Shown here: in pieces, positions 1-8,210 of the stretch
How positions within the stretch are numbered: the first letter of the stretch is position 1
How the letters are laid out: each line of letters opens with the position of its first letter
Assembly (NCBI GenBank): GCA_017654855.1
Contig: CM030333.1
Coordinates: 2,728,001 to 2,792,000, forward strand
Length of the DNA stretch: 64,000 bases
From: Podospora anserina
Taxonomy: Eukaryota
Direction of reading: 5' to 3'
Made by a program: the position numbers and the translations under genes
Notes under the pieces: model-generated
What the model saw: the letters and a program-made list of their open reading frames with translations, nothing else
The model's database searches: none
Told to the model about the DNA's origin: nothing

Positions 1-252
1 CCGAGTCGTGGCTTCCGGCGACGATGCTGGAAGCTCAAGGGTGAGGACTCTAACTGAGAGTCCTCATTGAATAGGAAATGAAGAAAAGAAAGAGATGAAA
101 ACCCAACACAAAGCATATGATCTGTGTGCTATGGTAAAGAGTGCTGGGGAGCTCTCAAAGGAGCGTCCCAGACCGAGGCTTTTTATATGTGAGCTACGGA
201 GGGTCCTAGACCCGCATGTACTCCTCCACCTGTGGCTCGGAGGCTCAGAACA
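1..252 (-). mobile_element. Probable LTR (solo LTR or end of an LTR retrotransposon), truncated by the window edge
   Basis: On the minus strand it begins TGTT at 252 (LTR-like TG terminus), has a TATAAAAAG box near 179-187 followed by a pyrimidine-rich tract, and a perfect 10-bp hairpin (42-51/57-66). Abrupt compositional boundary with TpA-rich DNA after 252. The other terminus and TSD are not visible. Confidence 0.45.
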
Positions 253-461
253 GGCTTCATACTTCCTTCCTAGTTTAGATAACTATCTAGTGAAGTAAAG
301 TCTGGGAACCCACTTTACTATGTGCTTTAGGAATATAGTTAAACCATTATCGAAATCTTATCTATATTTACGGTGACCTCTTCCAGAGCTGGTCGAAAAT
401 TGTAGTAGCATTTCGGACATCATTACACCTCTGAGAACAGAAGCTCTTACCAAACACCAAA

Positions 462-1498
462 ATAATTAACCTCCCCTTCACCGTCGCTGCTTTTAGCCTC
501 CTAGGTAGTGCTGCTACTTAAATACAGTACACTAGTATATATATTACCGTGATAGCTACTACGCGCACTACGGCTTTAACCCTCTCCCTAACTAGCAACG
601 TTACCGGAAGAATATTTGATCGATTCGTCTAAATCTGGCTCGAGAATGTCGATTATATCGACGCGATCGCTAACCGCAAGTACTCCTTTACCAACCTCTC
701 CGCTTATCCAGTCACTAACCTCCCTCCCCCCAGCTAACCACGTTTACCTCGCTACCCAAAGTATATCTCTAATAAACTACATCGCCCGCGCCCACCCCTC
801 TCAACCCGACTATATCGCCGTCGCAGCCGGCACCCGCCACAGCATCTCCGACAACAACGTCCACCGCCTTGACGCCTCCATCAAGTCTGTTGTTGACTTC
901 CTCGAACCCGGCGGCATCTCCTGGTCCATCTACCAGGAAGACATGCCTTGTATGTTCAATTCCTCCCTTTCCGCCTTGAACTGGTACTAACACCTCCCCC
1001 CGGACTCCAGCTTCCAAGGCCCCTCCTACGCCTCGGGCTCCTACGTCCGCAAACAGAAACCCCCTCGCCAGTTTCGACTCCGCCACCGGCTCCATCTCCC
1101 GCTCAGCCAAGTGCAAAAACTTCACAATGTTCGAAAAAGATCTCGCATCCAACAAGGTCCCCCAGTGGATGTTCCTCACGCCCAACATGGACAACTCTGG
1201 CCATGACACCTCTGTTGCCTACGCCGGGAGATGGGCACGGAATTTCATCACCCCTTTGCTGGCTGATAGCAAGTTTAACATCCCGCGGACGTTGGTCATG
1301 TTGACTTTTGATGAGGGGTCGTACAGCAGAAATAACCAGGTTTATGCTGTCTTGTTGGGGAGTGCTGTCCCGACGAACAAGAGGGGGACCACGAATGGGA
1401 CGGCGTATGGACATTATAATGTGCTGAAGACGGTGGAGGTGAATCGGGGGTTGGGGAACTTGGGGCAGAAAGATGTGGGTGCGAATGCCTTTTTCTAA
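462..1498 (+). pseudogene. Secreted acid phosphatase (phosphoesterase family, PhoA-like) pseudogene
   Basis: Reconstructed frame: ATA in place of ATG at 462, signal-peptide-like stretch, TAA at 519 and 630 where Gln (CAA) is expected (FDRFV*IWLENVDY), GC-AG intron 676-733, HPSQPDY, WSIYQEDMP, YVRK..NPL with a +1 frameshift near 1056, PQWMFLTPNMDNSGHDT, LTFDE, stop at 1498. Confidence 0.85.
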
Positions 1499-1796
1499 GA
1501 GGATGATGCCCCTGAGCCCCCGAGATGGGGGTCCACTTGTTGTTGCTTGGCAGGGTTGGGGTTAGAAGGGGGGGTGGGAGGAGGTACGATGGTTATGCAT
1601 TCCAACTAGTCTAGGTACACTTTACAACTTCTGGTCATTGGCAGGCAGTGTTCTTGAAATGTGATGATGAAGTTCGGTGAAAGGCAATAGATATTATCAA
1701 TGCCAAACGCTATTAGATCTGTTTTCCCGAGATGGAAACATAAAGTTGACAGCCAGAGCTGCCTGATATTCAAGCAAGAAGTCCAAGTAATACACA

Positions 1797-2423
1797 TCAA
1801 ATCCCAGCTATCATAAAGCCAACCAAGCCCAACACGCCGGCAGCGGCGCCGACACCCCCATGAACAGCCGCAGCACCGGCAGTGACAACAGGACCAGTGC
1901 TTGTGATGACAGGAGCGCCAGTTCCAGAAGCGACACCGCTGGTCGTGACGGTAGCGATAGTGGTGGGAGCAGGTCCATCGCAGTGCCAGTGGTCGCCATG
2001 AGGTTCGCACCCGATGGAAGCGGTTGGGCTGGGGGGCAGGACACCGGCGCTGTGGTCGTCATGGTCGTGGTCCTCTTCGTCCTCATGATCATGATCCTCG
2101 TCATCATGATCATGGTCCTGTTCGTGGTCATGGTCGTCATCATGGGCGGCAGCCGTGGTGGTGGCAGGAACAGTAACGACCTCGGAAGCGGTGATGATCA
2201 CCGGAGTCGCAGTGGTTGCGGGGGCGGTCTCGCGGGGTCCATCGCAATGCCTTTGGGAAGGTAAAGTCAATGACTATTCAGATGTTTTTACGAAACGGGA
2301 AAATTCTCACCAGTGATCACCATGAGGCTCACACCCGACAGACTCGGTAGGCGAAGGTGCCAACTCCTGGGCTGCCGCAAAGGTGCTGAGGGCGAGGATG
2401 ATGGCGGCAGAGAGTGTCTTCAT
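1797..2423 (-). CDS. Secreted/GPI-type protein with two CEPHGDHWHC histidine-triad repeats and a His/Asp/Glu-rich tract (candidate Zn-binding surface protein)
   Basis: ATG 2423 (MKTLSAAIILALSTFAAAQ signal), intron 2310-2251 (GTGAG..AAG) splitting the first motif, HDDDHDHEQDHDHDDEDHDHEDEEDHDHDDH tract, second motif at 1980-2009, Thr-rich stalk, VTAGA plus hydrophobic C-terminal tail. Confidence 0.88.
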
Positions 2424-3141
2424 ATTGCCGTGAATAAGCGAAAGACACCGGGTGGAATATAGAGAACAAATATGCGACGATCAAACTGAGCTAGTGAGGC
2501 AAGCAAGACATGTAAAACATGGGATGAAAGGCTTTTTATAGATGATGAGCAGGACCCTTCATGTGCCCAATGTCAATAGTAGTTCCAGGCTTCCTGTACC
2601 TGCATCTGAAGCAGGCTACATCCTTGGTAAAGTCGACTTCCTCTCCTGTCATCCGAGGATGTTTGCATGGGTAATCTTGTTTTTGTCTGCACCTCGATGA
2701 TTTTCGTGGGGGTGAGCTGAAAGTTTCTTGCAGGAAACCAACATGCTAGGTGTGATGGAGACCATCAAGGTTCTCAGCCAAGACATGTCTCGCTTCCACA
2801 CGTGGGATCCCTTGCCACCATTTTCTGGTTGGGGCCAACGCCGCGGTGTACTCAAGTGAATAGAAGCTTCTTTTTATTTCAGCAGGGCTGACATTGAAGT
2901 GTTGAATTTGCACAGATTGCTGAAAACTATGTACATGAACATGTGTCCAACCCTCCGGAACTTTTGACGTTTTTCATGCAGTATCCACAGTTCTATTTTC
3001 ATCCTTCGTCCTTCACCAAGTCCTTCCTCCAGCCATACTTCCCAGGTAGCAGAGCTCGGTCGATTTTTGATCGTTGATAGGGGTGTGAAGACGGCGGGCT
3101 GGCGGCCAGCTTAGGCGGGGATAACGCCGAGAGCAACTGGT

Positions 3142-3378
3142 CTAATGGTCATCACAGTGATATCTCTTCTGGCCAGCGACAGGGCAAGTTGTGGTGCCAT
3201 GGGTCTGATGGCAAGCACCTCCGGGATTGGTGGCACAGCAGTACTCGCAGGCTCCAACAAGCGTGCACCCGGTAGGGGGGAAGCAATCGCGAGCAAGAAG
3301 GTCGCTCTTGAATTCGGGAGCGGCATAGGCCACAGACGCGAGATGAAAGGCCGCAATGAGGAGCTTGAAAGAGACCAT
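3142..3378 (-). CDS. Small secreted cysteine-rich peptide (78 aa; predicted mature part 48 aa with 8 Cys and 4 His)
   Basis: ATG 3378 in good context (GTCAAGATG), signal MVSFKLLIAAFHLASVAYA, propeptide ending LLAR, mature DCFPPTGCTLVGACEYCCATNPGGACHQTHGTTTCPVAGQKRYHCDDH; TATA-like TATAAAG on the minus strand near 3508-3514. Confidence 0.8.
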   Translation of the reverse strand: MVSFKLLIAAFHLASVAYAAPEFKSDLLARDCFPPTGCTLVGACEYCCATNPGGACHQTHGTTTCPVAGQKRYHCDDH

Positions 3379-4255
3379 CTTGACAGTGGTTGTTGGCGGA
3401 AGGCTTTTGATGAGGTAGTAGAGGGCTTGGAGAGGGTTGATCAAGAGACTCGAGTGCGAGGTGGTTGATGATGGCATTCTCTGGATGAACGCACGACATC
3501 TCGTCCTCTTTATACTTGAACTGTCCTACCTGATCCGGACTTTACCTCTACTCACTTCGCGTAGTCCTCCAGTTCTTTCGATATGCATTGCAACTCTGTC
3601 CACATGAAGTGCCTGCCGCCGCGTGAGAGTCGACTGCTCCGAAGCTCTAAAGTGCCTACTAGAGCATCTCTGTTCTCTACCATCTATGAGTGTAGACACC
3701 GAGACGGCTTCACCAGCGGTCCGAGTCGTTGGAGGGCAGCCATGTACCTTGATGAACAGAGGGTCTTGGCGTGGAGGTTTTATCTGTGGTTGGCTGCGTA
3801 TCCACTCCTTGAGCACCTTGATGGGTACATCAGCTAGGATGCTTGGCATGTGGCAGCCATGGAATATTGAACCTATTGTGGCTTGCCTCTGTCCATAGAG
3901 GTTCATGAGCATGGTGTGGTGCGTTCCATCACGTAAAGAACCCGCGCGGGATGACGGAGATCATCCAAAAGCTTGTTGGAGTCGATTGATATTGGTAACC
4001 GAGGGTGATATTGAGGCCACAGAAGTGGGATGTAACTGCAAGGTCCCAATTTTGGATAGAGAGTCGTATTTGCAGGAAGATAGCTGGCGGCCATGGCGGA
4101 AGGTTGGCTGAGAAGAAGGAAATTAGTAGATCAAGTCAAGATGGTCATGCCGCGAACGGCTCTCGTCGATTAGTATTAAAGACAAGAAGCGTCTCAAGAA
4201 TTGATGAATCTCGGTGTCTAACACCCTTCCTTTATGAGACAGACTGGTGATCAAA

Positions 4256-5136
4256 ATGATGAAATCACTCTTCGCTCTTGGATTCGTTGTCGAGTTGGTG
4301 GCGGCCTTGCCCCAGGCTGTCACCCCAGCCCCTACTGGCCAAGCATGCTCGTAAGTGCCATCCTTCCGCTTTCGAGATTCCAGAAAACCAACACGACGTT
4401 CAGGACGAGAACCCGTACCCAGCTTGGAATTGACGCGACCATCACCAATTACCCCGAATTCGTCTCGTCAATGGACCAGTATTGGTCGACCTCGGGAGTT
4501 CCGTTCTCAGGGACAGAACGTGTGATTGTCTACACGTCTCTTGAAACATTCGACGGTGGCAGCTTCACAGGCTACTACACGTACGACATCAATGCCTTGC
4601 GCACCGCGGGATACACCATCACAACCAGCACCCAGGTGTCTGTATCATGCTCTCCCACAGCGACCAGCTCGGCGGTTGGCGAATGCGAGCCGCATGGTGA
4701 TCACTGGCACTGTCCCCCAGGAGTATCAGAGCCAATTACGCCTCCTTCCCCGGAGCCCCATACTACTCACTCGGCTCCTAACTCCGGGGAGTGTGAGGCT
4801 CACGATGACCACTGGCACTGCCCTCCAGGAGTTCCAGAGCCCACTACCCCCCCAGCTCCATCATCAACTCCTGTCCCCACCACCCCTGGCTCGGACGAGT
4901 GCGAAGCGCACGGTGATCATTTGCATTGTCCTGATGGCGTGCCAGAGCCAACGACGCCCCCACCCGTCATAACTCCTACGCCGACATCGTTCAGCTCAGT
5001 GACAGCATCGACCTCATTCACTCGCACAGCATCCGACGCGCCTGTCGTTACGGCTGGTGCAGACGCCAAAACCAGAGTCGGGAGTCACTTTTTAGTATTA
5101 GCTGCAGGGTTACCGTTTGTATTTGGGATGATGTGA
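4256..5136 (+). CDS. Secreted/GPI-type protein with three CExHxDHxHC histidine-triad repeats (candidate Zn-binding surface protein)
   Basis: ATG 4256 (MMKSLFALGFVVELVAA signal), intron 4351-4403 (GTAAGT..CAG) restores the long ORF frame, repeats start at 4684, 4792 and 4900 (exact 108-nt period), Pro/Thr/Ser stalk, VTAGA plus hydrophobic tail. Confidence 0.88.
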
Positions 5137-5441
5137 TAGCCTGGGGGAATCTGCGGACCATCGATTGTATAGTTAATGCTCAATAAAGGATGTTGTGGGA
5201 GTGTGCGTTGAGGACCTTGATGTCCCACCCCTGAAGCGATGGCAGCCATCAAGGTTCTCAATACCTGATATCAAGGTCCTTCTGCAACGTCATCCAATAT
5301 GACATCCCAATTGACAACAGACCATTTGTTCTCCTTTTGATGCTTTGTTGCTGTGAATAAAAAGCCATCCGAGTCCTTTCATCCTGACGAAGCGATTGAG
5401 CATCCAGCTGCCTATCATCTCACCCGACAATACTCCTCACA

Positions 5442-7115
5442 ATGCCCGACACCTCTCGCCAAACCTTGCCACACGTCCATGATGTGGTCATCATTGGTGC
5501 CGGGCCTTGTGGTCTAGCAGTAGCAGCACGACTCCGCGAAAAGGCTCCAGGTGCTATTTTCACAGACGAAGAGCACAGGAGACACCGGTTTTTGCATCGC
5601 TATGGACAATCCATGCCACTGAAGCAAGTGAGAAACGGTCGGGTCACATGCTGCGGCCGCCCAACGGCAAGCGATACACACGATCTCGATATCACGGCGC
5701 TCGATGCCACCCATGACGACTGGTGTGGCCGCTGGAACAAGCTGTTCAAGTGCTACAACATCGAACATCTCCGAAGTCCCATGTTCTGGCACGTTAGCCC
5801 AGTTGACCGCGATGCTCTCCTTGGGTACGCCTATTCGCAGAACCGGGAGAATGAGTTGCTCGAGATTCACCACTGTGTCGGAAAAGAAGTCAGCAAGCAC
5901 ATGCGGAAGAGGACCCGGACGCAGAAGTGCTCAGCCCACAGTGCTTGCAACGCCAGAGTTGAGATCAACGAACGGGACCGCATCGACTACTTCAACCCTT
6001 CTCAGGCCCTCTTCTCTGATCATTGCCGTGCAGTCGCTAGCAGGTACCATCTCTGCGATGATGTCGTCAAGAAAGAGTCCGTCCAAGACATCAGCTTCGA
6101 TGTGGTCCAAGGCATCTCTGTCAACGACGAACCCCTCTTCACAGTCACCACAGACCGGGGCCCTCAGTATGCCCGAACCGTCGTCCTCTCTGTCGGACCA
6201 GCAAATCAACCTTCCATCCCACGTCACGCCTTCAAAGCCTTCTCGGCAACAGAATCCCTCCCTCAAGTCTGCCACAGCACCCAAATCGAAACCTTCCCCG
6301 ACACTGTCGTTCGCACCAGGATGACCAACGGCCAGAGAACCAAGGTCCTCGTTATCGGCGGCGGTCTCACCTCAGCCCAACTTTCTGACCTCGCCATCCG
6401 CAAAGGCGTCACCAAAGTTTGGCACCTGATGCGCAGTCCGATTGCCATCAAGACCTTCGACGTCGAGCTCAGCTGGATGAGCAAATACCGCAACCTCGAA
6501 CAGGCCTACTTTTACTCTGCCGACACGGACGAGGAGAGATTGCAGATGGTGAGAGCTGCCAGGGGAGGTGGGAGCATTCCACCGAGATACCACAAAAAGT
6601 TGAAGGATCACATCTCTCGTGGCAGGCTGGAGTTGCGGACGGAGACAAAGTTGGTGAATGCGCAGTTTGTGACCACTGAAGCGGGTGGTCGGTGGAAGGT
6701 CGAAACTGAGCCGGCGGTTGAGGGTATACCGTTATTCGACTTCATCTATTTTGCGACGGGAATTGAGACAGACGTTGCTGCACTACCGTATCTGCAGACG
6801 ATGAGGGAAACGCACCCCATTGATGAGATGGGAGGGCTGCCGTGCTTGACTGAGCAATTGAAGTGGAAAGATGACGTGCCACTTTTTGTGACAGGAAGAC
6901 TGGCTTCGCTGAGGTTGGGAGCTGCTGGTCCAAATCTTGGTGGGGCGCGGACGGGTGCTGAGCGGATTGCCTTGGCCATTCAGGAGCATTTTGAGGAGTG
7001 CAAACGCGAGGATAAGATCAGTGGAGACATCGCTGCCGCCGATAAGGACGAGAATGAATGGGAGCGGTTTGTGCTTGGGCACGGAAGCAAGTATTCATGT
7101 TTGGTCGAGCACTAG
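5442..7115 (+). CDS. FAD/NAD(P)-dependent oxidoreductase, class B flavoprotein monooxygenase-like (related to Lys/Orn N-hydroxylases)
   Basis: 557-aa ORF with two Rossmann motifs (VVIIGAGPCGL; VLVIGGGLTSAQ), HLRSP motif, FATG motif and C-terminal LFVTGRLASLRLG..GPNLGGAR. Confidence 0.8.
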   Translation: MPDTSRQTLPHVHDVVIIGAGPCGLAVAARLREKAPGAIFTDEEHRRHRFLHRYGQSMPLKQVRNGRVTCCGRPTASDTHDLDITALDATHDDWCGRWNKLFKCYNIEHLRSPMFWHVSPVDRDALLGYAYSQNRENELLEIHHCVGKEVSKHMRKRTRTQKCSAHSACNARVEINERDRIDYFNPSQALFSDHCRAVASRYHLCDDVVKKESVQDISFDVVQGISVNDEPLFTVTTDRGPQYARTVVLSVGPANQPSIPRHAFKAFSATESLPQVCHSTQIETFPDTVVRTRMTNGQRTKVLVIGGGLTSAQLSDLAIRKGVTKVWHLMRSPIAIKTFDVELSWMSKYRNLEQAYFYSADTDEERLQMVRAARGGGSIPPRYHKKLKDHISRGRLELRTETKLVNAQFVTTEAGGRWKVETEPAVEGIPLFDFIYFATGIETDVAALPYLQTMRETHPIDEMGGLPCLTEQLKWKDDVPLFVTGRLASLRLGAAGPNLGGARTGAERIALAIQEHFEECKREDKISGDIAAADKDENEWERFVLGHGSKYSCLVEH

Positions 7116-8210
7116 AGATGAGCAAGTACCCCGAAATGGAAAGAGTGAAGCATTCGCCGTGTCCGATTTGAGATGGGAGATGTGAGATGTGGTGAAGAAG
7201 TGGACCCGGATGTCGTCAAATCAAGGACTGGCGACGCCGGAGCGGGAGCCGGCAAGTGGGGCTCTTGCAGACGCGATCGGTCGGTCTTTCCGTTGCATCC
7301 GACTGCTGGCCGTCCAAGTCTAACATCATAGCTTCGCTTAAGCCAATCGCAATAATTGAATGAAACGATGTTACTCCAATTCTAAAACATGCGATAGAGT
7401 CTGTTGGGAATGTTACAGAAAGCAAAAAGAAGCCGAGGTTGAAGCCGTTGTTCCTCAACGTTTCTTTCGCTGCTAAATCCACTTGACTGTTGGCTTGGCA
7501 TAAAAGATAAAACACAGTGGAGATCAGGGGCTCCATTGTAGACCCTGTACCCTAACCCTTCGTTCTCTCCTTTTTCTCTCAAAGTCATCTCCATGCGAGC
7601 CCGATTGATGAGAGAATGTGGCACAGCTGCATTTGTTATTATAGTCGGTAGCTAGAGAAAAGCAGAGCCTCATCAGGGGTCCTATTAGCTCCTGTAGGAC
7701 CATGCCTGGTCCCTGCGTTGGCACATGTCAAAGATGATTCGGTGTTGCATTGTCAAAATCAGGGTCAAATCTGACAGGGCTGATCCGCAAGGATGCCTCG
7801 ATGCTGCATGGTCCTTGTCAACATGCTGCCAATGATAAGACTCCAGACACGCGATGGGACCCGATAATCAATGCTGACCTACCACATTTGTGACTGCCTA
7901 ACGGCTCGACAACGCCATCTTAAGTCCTATCAGGGCATTTCCTGGACAAAAGCATGGGTCGTGTGTCTATCCCTGAACAACACGTTAGCTTAAGGTTGTG
8001 ACACCCGCCAATCTGATCCAGCCTCGAACATATTTAATGACAGCGTTATCTCTCGTCAGACAGAGATGTTTCTAGCCTTATCCTTGTTTTTCTTTTTCAC
8101 AACTCTGTTATCCTCGGGGTGAAATATCACGCTCATTTTCACCTTCACTCCCACATCGCCACCCCTTCACACCCACCATCCAGTCGTTACCTCTCCAACT
8201 CCCATCCATC

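Larger units (their letters stand above)
2762..5280. promoter_or_regulatory. Cluster of ZafA/Zap1-like zinc-response elements (ATCAAGGT core)
   Basis: ATCAAGGT at 2764-2771 (+), 3746-3753 (-), 3815-3822 (-), 5214-5221 (-), 5248-5255 (+), 5270-5277 (+), plus GCAAGGT at 4038-4044. All are intergenic and upstream of the four island genes. Resembles the CARGGT core of the Aspergillus ZafA motif and half of the yeast ZRE ACCTTNAAGGT. Confidence 0.7.

Noticed and set aside
4234-4403. ORF-track start MRQTGDQ for the triad protein
   Set aside because: It lacks a signal peptide; ATG 4256 plus intron 4351-4403 gives a proper signal peptide in frame with the rest.
1797-5136. Calling the His-rich proteins Pra1/Aspf2 or ZrfC
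   Set aside because: No deuterolysin-like HRxxH domain and no multi-TM ZIP domain; the repeats are a different motif.
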